From positions 48,334 through 112,333 of the forward strand of contig OZ246411.1 in assembly GCA_965231055.1 (NCBI GenBank): DNA of 64,000 nucleotides, given 5' to 3'. Made by a program: the position numbers and the translations under genes. The stretch's first letter is position 1. Each line of letters begins with the position of its first letter. The notes beneath the pieces were generated by a model that searched no databases, had not been told where the DNA came from, and saw nothing but the letters and a program-made list of their open reading frames with translations. This stretch comes from an uncultured Candidatus Saccharibacteria bacterium (GTDB lineage: Bacteria > Patescibacteriota > CALEFQ01 > G965231055). Below, piece by piece: positions 1 through 7,897 of this stretch.

Positions 1-145
1 GTCTTTTGATTTCATATAATTGCTCATATGGACAATTTGAATCGTTTTCTCAAGGGGTCTGCTTCTCTGCCTCTAAAAATATTTTAGCAAGCAGAGGTTC
101 CCTGGCAACTGAAATTTTGTCCAGATGGACAATTTTCCGAATCAA

Positions 146-190
146 ATATAAAAAGAGCCGCCATGTGTTTTAAGGACACAATGGCGGCAT
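146..190 (-). terminator. rho-independent terminator of CDS 198..839
   Basis: GC-rich hairpin gccgccatgtg...cacaatggcggc followed by T-run on minus strand. Confidence 0.55.
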
Positions 191-197
191 TTTGTTG

Positions 198-839
198 TCA
201 CTCTCCAACTTGGATAGTTTCAATTCGGATCTGGGTGCGTCTTTTGCTTCGATGATCAACAAGGATTGAGGATATAAACGGCCCGGGAGAAAACGGGATT
301 CCACTCCTGACGGTAATAACTGATGAATCCGCGTTTAGGCTGAGCTCGATTGGGACATTGATTATATCGAGATCGTCTTCCTCTTTTGGATACAACCATT
401 GTCCTGTCAGGTGATCAAGAACCAAATAAAGCACGAACATGTCAATCTTAACTTTTTGATTCCGATTTCCGTGAAATCTGACGGGGATTTTCGTAAATTC
501 ACCCCGGAGAATTCCTATTCTCAACCACTCTCTACATGTTGATTCCAGATCACCCCATGTTGTTGCAAGTTCTGATTCATACGAACGAATTTTGGAGAAT
601 TCTATGACCGCGCGCACATAACTGCAGATCAAATGCGAAGAAGCTTTGGCTAACTCAACAGGGGCATTGGGAATTCCGCAAAGCACTGATATAACCGATT
701 GCATTTTATTCATTACGATATGGTTCAACACACGACCAAGAAGATTGATCTTCTGCTCCGTCGTTGGCTCGACAACTTGTGGCTCGACGATCCTCCGATT
801 ACTACCGCTAAACCTCTTGATATTTGCTTTCTTATTCAT
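198..839 (-). CDS. hypothetical protein (GC-rich island gene, strong SD gaggagg)
   Basis: 213-aa ORF; about 50% GC versus about 33% background; strong SD 7 nt before ATG; conserved 80-nt leader upstream. Confidence 0.5.
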   Translation of the reverse strand: MNKKANIKRFSGSNRRIVEPQVVEPTTEQKINLLGRVLNHIVMNKMQSVISVLCGIPNAPVELAKASSHLICSYVRAVIEFSKIRSYESELATTWGDLESTCREWLRIGILRGEFTKIPVRFHGNRNQKVKIDMFVLYLVLDHLTGQWLYPKEEDDLDIINVPIELSLNADSSVITVRSGIPFSPGPFISSILVDHRSKRRTQIRIETIQVGE

Positions 840-924
840 AGTTTCCTCCTCGAAAGCAATTCCAAAACTACCGCCCTGTATTCAGGAGCCGTAATCGGGA
901 ATTTTGTTAACGAACAATCCATTC

Positions 925-1010
925 CTACCTCGTGCCTGAAATGCCAGAGGGTATTTCAAAAACGAAAGAAGAATGAGGGGCGAGAACAAAGATTTTGCTG
1001 CCGCCCCCTT
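925..1010 (-). promoter_or_regulatory. conserved about 80-nt leader/operator element, copy A (dyad TGAAATGCC-N5-GTATTTCA)
   Basis: about 75% identical to 1478..1555; both sit 30-90 nt upstream of adjacent minus-strand GC-island genes. Confidence 0.45.
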
Positions 1011-1023
1011 CATAGCTTGATAG

Positions 1024-1437
1024 CTACTTTTGTTGTGGCTTGAACGGACACGTTTGGATTGGACAATGAGGACAGATGAACCAGGCGAAATAGGTTTCTC
1101 TGGACATCGGATTTTTCGTCCGTGCATATGCTGTCACCGTGGAACAAACATCCCATGCATTCACAATTCTGTAAGCAAGCCGTGACGGGATCGCGCCATT
1201 TCGCTTAAGCTCAAACCACTGTTTACCCAGTAGACACCACTCGGTAACCAGTAATACCCCATAGGCCCCCATAGATAGTAGACGGTGTTCAGGTTTATCC
1301 TCCTTGAGTGGACGTTCCCAGCTCGTAACGCAAGTGAAATTTCCATAGTAACCATCTGGCCAGACCATATGATGTTCTAGTGCTTCCTTCCATTTTTTCA
1401 GATCTTCACTGTCGGGCACACGATATTCGGTGGTCAT
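1024..1437 (-). CDS. hypothetical protein (start at internal ATG 1437, SD aaggggga)
   Basis: ORF 1024..1563 trimmed to the ATG with a good SD; GC-rich; C-terminal CPHCPxxxC motif. Confidence 0.45.
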   Translation of the reverse strand: MTTEYRVPDSEDLKKWKEALEHHMVWPDGYYGNFTCVTSWERPLKEDKPEHRLLSMGAYGVLLVTEWCLLGKQWFELKRNGAIPSRLAYRIVNAWDVCSTVTAYARTKNPMSRETYFAWFICPHCPIQTCPFKPQQK

Positions 1438-1477
1438 GATTTTCCCCCTTTCATTGTTTCGACTTTCTTTCTTCGTG

Positions 1478-1555
1478 CCTGACATGCCCGGAAGCATTTC
1501 AAACACGAAGGAAGAATGAGGGACGGCGGCAGAAAGATCTGGGGCCGTCCCGAGT
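1478..1555 (-). promoter_or_regulatory. conserved about 80-nt leader/operator element, copy B (dyad TGACATGCC-N5-GCATTTCA)
   Basis: paralogous to 925..1010; shared core ccctcattcttcYttcgt. Confidence 0.45.
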
Positions 1556-1556
1556 C

Positions 1557-1814
1557 TCAACAAACGTTTCTTCGCATTTTTCGTTCCTGTTCACGCGCTC
1601 GCGCGAAGATTTCAACCAGACATTCGGGATCAAACGCCTCTTTAAGAACGGCAAAGAAATCATCACTTTTCTTGCTAGACAAAAAGTCTTGAAGATCATC
1701 CGGAATCTCACAGATCCAAGCAGCTGCAGAAATGGCTATTAAAACGCCGTCTTCTCCATGCAAGGCTTCCTCCATTTCTTTCTTAGATTTTTCAAGTATC
1801 TCGGGCCTTTTCAT
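1557..1814 (-). CDS. small acidic hypothetical protein
   Basis: 85-aa ORF with strong SD (caaggaggg); GC-rich. Confidence 0.4.
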   Translation of the reverse strand: MKRPEILEKSKKEMEEALHGEDGVLIAISAAAWICEIPDDLQDFLSSKKSDDFFAVLKEAFDPECLVEIFARAREQERKMRRNVC

Positions 1815-1946
1815 TGATTTACCCTCCTTGTTACAGCTCCGCCACTCCCTGCCTTCAAACAGAGAATCAGTGAGCTTTGTTAATGTTCATCCGTATTTAC
1901 CGTAACGCTGCATTCAACCATTAAGTCTATATAAAGTCAACACTAT

Positions 1947-1975
1947 TTGACGACTTTTGTTATTAGTGATATAAT
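1947..1975 (+). promoter_or_regulatory. sigma70-type promoter (TTGACG-17-TATAAT)
   Basis: perfect -35/-10 spacing upstream of the TrmB-like gene. Confidence 0.5.
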
Positions 1976-2027
1976 GGCTAATATAAGAGTTTTAGGTGAT
2001 TTCTATCCATTTATTTTGACATCTACT

Positions 2028-2774
2028 ATGCGCGATGAACTAATACAATTAGGTCTCTCCTCTCACCAGGCCGATATCTACCTGGCTCTTTTGGAGTCCG
2101 GACCAAGCTCAATTGGCCCCCTGGCCAAAAAAGTGCATCTGCACCGGCAGATCATCTACAATACCCTGGCTGAATTGGAACGGCAGGGTTTGGTGACTGT
2201 CTCCCCCAAAGGATATCGTCGTTATTTCCGCGCCGAGAGTCCGGAAAATATCACCCGCAATATCAAGCGCCAGGTCGCACTCGCCCAAGAAATCGTGCCG
2301 CAACTGAATCAGCACCAGGCAACCAGTAAGCACGCCAATGAAATCACTGTCTATGAAGGCATTCTGGAGATCCAGCGATTCTTTCGCCAGGCACTGGAAA
2401 ATCAACCGGCCCATAGCACGGTTTCTATCATCGGCGGTGGAGCCAGTAAGTTCTTTGATTTGGTGGATCAGGACAACTTCTTCCGGCAATATGAGAAGAT
2501 TCGTCTGCGCAAGCAGATCAAACACGCCATTCTGCTTTACGAGAATCAAAAAAAAGACCCCAAAGTGGATCTCTATACCAATCGACGCGACCTGGTGACA
2601 TCTAAATTTTTATCGGATGATTTTGATCAGCCTCTGGCCACGACTATCTGGCATGATCGCCTTTCCATGTTATTCTTCGGCCCTACTCCACTGATCATCT
2701 CCCTCAAAGGCGGAGCCCTGGTCAAAACCTACCAGAATTATTTCAAACTGCTCTGGAAAAGCGCCGGAAATTAA
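2028..2774 (+). CDS. TrmB-family transcriptional regulator
   Basis: N-terminal wHTH LGLSSHQADIYLALLESGPSSIGPLAKK...LERQGLV typical of TrmB; start moved to ATG 2028 because the ORF's first ATG lies inside the promoter. Confidence 0.65.
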   Translation: MRDELIQLGLSSHQADIYLALLESGPSSIGPLAKKVHLHRQIIYNTLAELERQGLVTVSPKGYRRYFRAESPENITRNIKRQVALAQEIVPQLNQHQATSKHANEITVYEGILEIQRFFRQALENQPAHSTVSIIGGGASKFFDLVDQDNFFRQYEKIRLRKQIKHAILLYENQKKDPKVDLYTNRRDLVTSKFLSDDFDQPLATTIWHDRLSMLFFGPTPLIISLKGGALVKTYQNYFKLLWKSAGN

Positions 2775-2818
2775 GAGGGCAGGCAGGACTCGAACTCGAT
2801 TATTTGGCTTATGAAAGC

Positions 2819-2845
2819 GAAAACCCCGTTTTGCGGGGTTTTTCG
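2819..2845 (+). terminator. rho-independent terminator
   Basis: aaccccgttttgcggggtt hairpin followed by T-run. Confidence 0.7.
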
Positions 2846-2919
2846 ATGCTGTTCACTCGAACTGTTTTTTTAGGCTGTGCTTAGCGGAAATTTGTATTCA
2901 AAGACAAATAAAAATTCGT

Positions 2920-2994
2920 TGGCTCCCCGAGCTGGACTCGAACCAGCAACCCTCTCGTTAACAGCGAGATGCTCTACCATTGAGCTATCGGGGA
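2920..2994 (-). tRNA. tRNA-Asn (anticodon GTT)
   Basis: cloverleaf: acceptor TCCCCGA/TCGGGGA, anticodon loop CTGTTAA, T-arm GGTTCGAGTCC, encoded CCA. Confidence 0.9.
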
Positions 2995-3017
2995 ATAATT
3001 GAATATGCAAATTTTTA

Positions 3018-3091
3018 TCAGCGAGATGCTCCCTGCCTCTACCTGTCGGTAGACAGGTGCCGGCAGGCAGATACCATTGAGCTATCGGGGA
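3018..3091 (-). pseudogene. truncated tRNA-Asn 5'-half pseudo-copy with 39-nt GC-rich palindromic insert in the D-loop
   Basis: TCCCCGATAGCTCAATGGTA + insert + GAGCATCTCGCTG, then diverges at the anticodon; no 3' half. Confidence 0.6.
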
Positions 3092-3100
3092 ATACGATAA

Positions 3101-3445
3101 CTAGTTTGAGCTAGAAATCATCCTTATCCTAATTTCTAGCATTTTTACTATATGCTCGCATTCGTAAGCGAGTTTTCTGTAAAATGACTTGTCTATAATA
3201 GCGGATTCGTAGAGATTGTCCAGCCATGCGAGAGTTTCATTGGCCTTTCCGAGCGCTCGCTCAAGAAATCTCTGAATATCGTTTTTATTCTGGCTTTTTC
3301 TTGCGGCAAGTAGATAATTGTCCACTGCCTCTGAAGACTCTATCATTTTCTCCCCTATCTCAGACATCACAAATCCTCTTGGCAACTTGTCAGCCAATAA
3401 AACAATCTGGGTGGAAAAACGTCCTGATGTTTCTATGATATCCAT
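3101..3445 (-). CDS. four-helix-bundle protein (23S rRNA-intervening-sequence protein family-like)
   Basis: 114-aa helical protein; start set to MDIIETS to avoid overlap with rpoD. Confidence 0.45.
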   Translation of the reverse strand: MDIIETSGRFSTQIVLLADKLPRGFVMSEIGEKMIESSEAVDNYLLAARKSQNKNDIQRFLERALGKANETLAWLDNLYESAIIDKSFYRKLAYECEHIVKMLEIRIRMISSSN

Positions 3446-3452
3446 GGAAAAT

Positions 3453-4796
3453 TTAATAGTCTCTAAGTTTTTTAAGATCTTCGTCTGCACGTATTTTTTC
3501 AAGTGCCTTCGCCTCTATCTGTCTTATACGCTCTCTCGTCACTCCAAATTCTTGTCCCACTTCCTCAAGAGTGTGTCCTATTCCATCAGTAAGTCCAAAT
3601 CGCATCTCTAGAATTTTTTGTTCTCTTGGGAGCAATCTTCTGAGTACTTTTTCAACATGCTCTTTGAGAAGCTTTCTGGCTGCACTTTGACTTGGAGAAA
3701 GAGTTTTGTCGTCTTCAATAAAATCTCCGAGCGTGCTCTCGCTGTCATCATCATCTCCCACTGAAGTCTGAAGTGAAACTGTTTCTTGATTTATTTTTAT
3801 AATATGTCTAACCTTGTCCACGTCCATTCCCATTTCTGCTGCAATTTCTTCTGGCAAAGGCTCTCTTCCGAGATCCTGAACTAGTCTTCGCGAAATTTGT
3901 GTAAATTTATTTATAGTTTCAACCATGTGCACAGGAATACGAATAGTTCTTGATTGATCAGCTAGCGCTCTTGTGATTGCTTGCCTGATCCACCATGTCG
4001 CATAAGTTGAAAATTTGTATCCCTTGCGATAATCAAATTTATCTACAGCTCTAAACAATCCTATATTTCCCTCTTGAATAAGATCAAGCAGTGTCAGGTC
4101 TCCTTGTCCTACATATTTTTTGGCAATACTTACGACAAGTCTCAAGTTGGCTTCAATCAATCTTTTGCGAGCCGCCTTGTCCCCTCGTTTCATTCTTTTT
4201 GCGAGCATCACTTCTTCTTCTCCTGTCAAAAGATTTACTCTACCTATTTCTCGTAGATACATCTGCACAGAATCTCCAGCAAGTCCGCCTGAAAAATCTT
4301 GACTGCTAAAAGTTTCACTTCCTTCATCTGATTCTTCTTCAATTTTCAATATCTCTGTCTCGTGTTTTTTTGATTCCAAAACTTCCTTCTTGGCTTCGAT
4401 AACAGAAGCATCCATGGATAGCGCTTCTTTACCTTCTACTACGTCTATGCCTTCATTATCAAAATACTCCAAAACTTCTTCAAGTTTTTGGATATTGGTT
4501 TCGGCTTCAGGTATTGCTTGCAAAATTTCGCCCTCAGAAACAAATCCTTGATCCTTGCCCTTGACTATAAGTTCATCAATTGATTTCTTCTGTTCTTCTG
4601 GAGTGATGCTCTGAATTTCTTTTTCTGATTTGGCTGGTGTTTTTACCCGAGAAAGAAATCCTTTTCTTTTCTTCGCATACTTTGCTTTTCTTTTGGCGTT
4701 CTGTTTTCTGGTTTTCTTTCGGGGCTTGCGAACCATTTTTACTCGCCTAGATTTTGCTGGTTTAGCCTTTTTCTTTTTGGAAGTTTTTTTCTTCAC
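3453..4796 (-). CDS. rpoD: RNA polymerase sigma factor RpoD (sigma-70) with lysine-rich N-terminus
   Basis: regions 2-4 motifs [50 protein letters not shown]. Confidence 0.95.
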   Translation of the reverse strand: MKKKTSKKKKAKPAKSRRVKMVRKPRKKTRKQNAKRKAKYAKKRKGFLSRVKTPAKSEKEIQSITPEEQKKSIDELIVKGKDQGFVSEGEILQAIPEAETNIQKLEEVLEYFDNEGIDVVEGKEALSMDASVIEAKKEVLESKKHETEILKIEEESDEGSETFSSQDFSGGLAGDSVQMYLREIGRVNLLTGEEEVMLAKRMKRGDKAARKRLIEANLRLVVSIAKKYVGQGDLTLLDLIQEGNIGLFRAVDKFDYRKGYKFSTYATWWIRQAITRALADQSRTIRIPVHMVETINKFTQISRRLVQDLGREPLPEEIAAEMGMDVDKVRHIIKINQETVSLQTSVGDDDDSESTLGDFIEDDKTLSPSQSAARKLLKEHVEKVLRRLLPREQKILEMRFGLTDGIGHTLEEVGQEFGVTRERIRQIEAKALEKIRADEDLKKLRDY

Positions 4797-4826
4797 GTAT
4801 TTTAAGTATTAATCGTCAAATTAAAA

Positions 4827-6647
4827 CTAACGAAAATCGGCCATTTGCTTTTGAAGTAGCTCCATGAGCTTTGATATTTCCACACTGATTTCTTCAGCTC
4901 TTTGATTATTGCCTTTGGCTTCTACTACTCTGAGTTCGCCCTCTTTATCCTTTAACCATCTTCTTAAATGGTAAATATAAAGCTCACCAAGGCATCTCTT
5001 GATTTCTGGTTCAAACTGATCTTCAGGTATGTTTTCGTTTTCTATGACCAAAACAAGCTCACTGAGCATGTCTGCAAGTTTTTTGTCCTGAATAGCAACC
5101 ACATCCTTGAAGGCACCGAGATCAAATTGTCCTGTCCTATTATAAAATTCTTTTAGGTTTTCGTAAAGCCCTATATAACTCTCCGGCAAAAGCTTGATTT
5201 TCTCTTCTTCTACCGAATTCACGAGTTCAGGAAAAGACAATAAAAGCGCCAAAATTCTATTTTCAAGTTTATTTTTTCTTCCTAGCATTTTATCCCCGCG
5301 TGGAATAGCTATTACAGATTTTTTGGATTCCAATCTTGTGTATTTTGATGAATTTTTGTCTTTGCTAATTGCACCCAAAAGATCTCTCACAATAGATTCT
5401 TCTGTATCTATTTTTTCTGAAAGCGATTTGATGTAATGATCCTGTTCTATCTTGTCAGACATAAAACTCAAAAATTTCAATATTTCAGCAGCAGCTTTTT
5501 TCTTTTGAACGACGTCTTTGAGATTGGTTTTGGCGAGCACGCTGTCTATAATAAAATCTCCTACTGATTTTTTGGCTTTGAGAATTGCGAGCCATCTTTT
5601 TGGACTCTCTTTTATGATATCGGCTGGATCTTTTCCCATATCACTTATGCTTACCACTTTTACATTCATTCCCGCGACAAGAGCGATTTCTATTCCTCTT
5701 CTTGTTGCCTTGTCTCCTGCGATATCCATATCGAAAGCTAGAACCAAATTATTTGTATATCTTTTTACGAGATCTATTTGCTCGGTGGTAAATGCTGTGC
5801 CAGAAACTGATACCGTATTTTTTACGTCAGCCTGATGAGACATGATAACATCCGTATATCCTTCGACGATAATAGCAAAATCATATTTGCGTATATAATT
5901 TTTGGCTTTATCAAGTCCATAAAGCACTGCACTTTTGTTGTATATCGGAGTTGTGGGAGTGTTTACATATTTGGGACCTTCGAATTTGGGATCAGATTTT
6001 ATAAACTCCCTGCCCCCAAACCCCACAGTATCTCCATGAGAATCAAAAATCGGAAACATAATTCTTCCCCTAAACCTATCGTATATTCCTTTTTTATTTT
6101 TTCTGGGTAGCCCTAGCCCCACTTCTATGCAATCGCTTTCGTTGAAACCAGATGCGTTCATTTTTCTTGATAGTTCATCCCATCCGATAGGAGAAAAACC
6201 TATGTGAAACTCTGAAATTGATTTTTCGGTAATGCCCCTTTTGACAAGATAATCAAAAGCTTTTTTTCCTTCCTCTGTTTTGGTTATATTTTCTTCAAAA
6301 AAAGCCATAGCTCTTTGATTCATCACAAAAAGTCTTCTTCTGTGCTCATCTATTTTGAAACTTGTTTTCTTGATTTCTACTCCCGCCTTTGTCGCCAATA
6401 CTCTCATGGCTTCAGGAAAATCTATATTGTCCATTTTCATTACGAAAGTAAAAATATCTCCACCCTCTCCGCAACCAAAACAATGCCAGATTTGTTTTTC
6501 TGGACTCACAACAAGAGAAGGTGTTTTTTCATTATGAAAAGGACACCTAGCTTTGTAATTCACGCCGGCTTTTGAGAGCTGAATATAATCTCTAATAACA
6601 TCTACTATATCCAGTTTTGATTTGATTTCTTCTTTTTGATCTAGCAT
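4827..6647 (-). CDS. dnaG: DNA primase DnaG
   Basis: CHC2 zinc finger CPFHNEKTPSL..CFGCGEGGD; TOPRIM EGYTDV; classical dnaG-rpoD arrangement. Confidence 0.95.
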   Translation of the reverse strand: MLDQKEEIKSKLDIVDVIRDYIQLSKAGVNYKARCPFHNEKTPSLVVSPEKQIWHCFGCGEGGDIFTFVMKMDNIDFPEAMRVLATKAGVEIKKTSFKIDEHRRRLFVMNQRAMAFFEENITKTEEGKKAFDYLVKRGITEKSISEFHIGFSPIGWDELSRKMNASGFNESDCIEVGLGLPRKNKKGIYDRFRGRIMFPIFDSHGDTVGFGGREFIKSDPKFEGPKYVNTPTTPIYNKSAVLYGLDKAKNYIRKYDFAIIVEGYTDVIMSHQADVKNTVSVSGTAFTTEQIDLVKRYTNNLVLAFDMDIAGDKATRRGIEIALVAGMNVKVVSISDMGKDPADIIKESPKRWLAILKAKKSVGDFIIDSVLAKTNLKDVVQKKKAAAEILKFLSFMSDKIEQDHYIKSLSEKIDTEESIVRDLLGAISKDKNSSKYTRLESKKSVIAIPRGDKMLGRKNKLENRILALLLSFPELVNSVEEEKIKLLPESYIGLYENLKEFYNRTGQFDLGAFKDVVAIQDKKLADMLSELVLVIENENIPEDQFEPEIKRCLGELYIYHLRRWLKDKEGELRVVEAKGNNQRAEEISVEISKLMELLQKQMADFR

Positions 6648-6712
6648 GAGTATTCAGTATTAAGCATTCAGCGTTCAGTTGTGTTTGAATACTGATTACT
6701 GAAAACTGACTA
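6648..6712. repeat. AGTATTCAGT-type palindromic intergenic repeat R1
   Basis: words agtattcagtatt / tgaatactga / tactgaaaactga immediately 5' of dnaG start. Confidence 0.6.
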
Positions 6713-7261
6713 CTTTCTAATAACTACTATTTTTCCGTTCTCAATTTTTATAACTTTTGAGGGTTTTTTGGAAGATACGCGGCCAGAAATATAAAGGCCT
6801 ACTTTATCTCCAAAATACTCTTTTGCCTGCTTGATATTCATAGCTGGAGGCTCGCCAGATGAATTAACACTCGTAGAAACAAGCGGGCCAGTCTTCATTA
6901 GAAGTCTAGTGAGTGTTGGCTTTTTTGGCAAGCGAAATGCAATAGCATCATTACCTCTATGCAAATATTTGAACTTATTATTTTTACACGGCAAAATCAC
7001 ACTTATAGGCCCCGGCCATACTTTTTGAAGTAGTTTATTTTCAAACTCATCGAGCTTGATACCAAACAAATCAAGCTGATCAATGGAGCCAATTAAAACT
7101 ATAAACGGCTTTTTGAAATCCCTAGATTTTAGATTATAAATATCTTGAACTGCTTTTTTGTTCAATGCATCGGCAAAAATACCGTATATAGTATCAGACG
7201 GCATAACCACAAGTTTTCCTGTTTTAAGTTTTTCAATCACTTTAACCATAATCTGACTCAC
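6710..7261 (-). CDS. tsaC: L-threonylcarbamoyladenylate synthase TsaC/YrdC family
   Basis: YrdC/Sua5 fold motifs (PSDTIYG, KxR, LSTSVN..SG). Confidence 0.8.
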   Translation of the reverse strand: MSQIMVKVIEKLKTGKLVVMPSDTIYGIFADALNKKAVQDIYNLKSRDFKKPFIVLIGSIDQLDLFGIKLDEFENKLLQKVWPGPISVILPCKNNKFKYLHRGNDAIAFRLPKKPTLTRLLMKTGPLVSTSVNSSGEPPAMNIKQAKEYFGDKVGLYISGRVSSKKPSKVIKIENGKIVVIRK

Positions 7262-7283
7262 TCAAATATACCATATCCGGCTA

Positions 7284-7316
7284 AAAAAATGGGATTCGAA
7301 CCTAAGCTCGAATCCC
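7284..7316 (-). terminator. rho-independent terminator built on a tRNA T-arm-like hairpin
   Basis: gggattcgaacctaagctcgaatccc hairpin + T7 on minus strand; contains GGTTCGAATCCCAT. Confidence 0.6.
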
Positions 7317-7339
7317 AACAAAGAACACGCATCGCGATA

Positions 7340-7768
7340 TCACCACTTGATAGTTGCAAGTAATCTCCTGGTATCAATAGCGCTCTTTAAACTCTCTGTA
7401 GACATAGTTTCGTGCCTGTACAGAATCTTGGATTGAGTCTCATAATCGCTCCAAATGGTAAATTCGCAATCTTGATTCAATTCAAACTGTTCCTCGGAAC
7501 GAGCAACACCAAGACGAAGAATGATAGTTTTGTTCTCGCATTTGTAGTCAGCACGGATACGGTACTGACCAATCAAATCCCCCAAGGACACTTCAACCGA
7601 AACAAAACCCCTGATGTCGAAACCCACGCGTTTCAGAAGAGAAAAAAGTAAATCACGCGCAGGATCATCGCTATCAATAGAGATAAACGTGAGTTTTGAA
7701 TTCTTAAAGGTCCGTGGTTCTTGCTTTTGAGATTTGTTTTTCTTGGAATTTCTTAAAAAAACACCCAT
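7340..7768 (-). CDS. hypothetical protein
   Basis: 142-aa ORF, no recognisable motif. Confidence 0.4.
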   Translation of the reverse strand: MGVFLRNSKKNKSQKQEPRTFKNSKLTFISIDSDDPARDLLFSLLKRVGFDIRGFVSVEVSLGDLIGQYRIRADYKCENKTIILRLGVARSEEQFELNQDCEFTIWSDYETQSKILYRHETMSTESLKSAIDTRRLLATIKW

Positions 7769-7862
7769 AACACCTCCTTGTCTGTTAATTGGGCAATTTG
7801 CATACTAGCAGAAAATTAAAGCTAGTCAATATTGGATAAAAAGGACTCTCAAATTCAAACAT

Positions 7863-7890
7863 TGACTTTTAACAATAAAAATAAGATAAT
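7863..7890 (+). promoter_or_regulatory. sigma70-type promoter TTGACT-16-GATAAT
   Basis: 8 nt upstream of the ABC ATPase start. Confidence 0.45.
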
Positions 7891-7897
7891 TGTCTAC

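Noticed and set aside
2789-2799. 10-mer ggactcgaac match to tRNA-Asn T-arm as a stand-alone att site
   Set aside because: A 10-mer match is expected by chance many times in 64 kb. It is used only as supporting context (together with a second degenerate copy at 2857) for the island finding, not as an independent feature.
1-2850. Chimeric assembly as the explanation for the GC-rich left end
   Set aside because: Cannot be excluded. It was not adopted as primary because the same GC-rich plus strong-SD signature recurs at three other isolated loci inside the window, one again flanking a tRNA. Read-level evidence is needed.
7262-7340. Possible tRNA gene (gggattcgaacc T-arm-like sequence)
   Set aside because: No D-arm, anticodon arm or acceptor pairing can be built. 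The sequence is a symmetric hairpin + T7 and is better explained as a terminator carrying a tRNA-derived motif.
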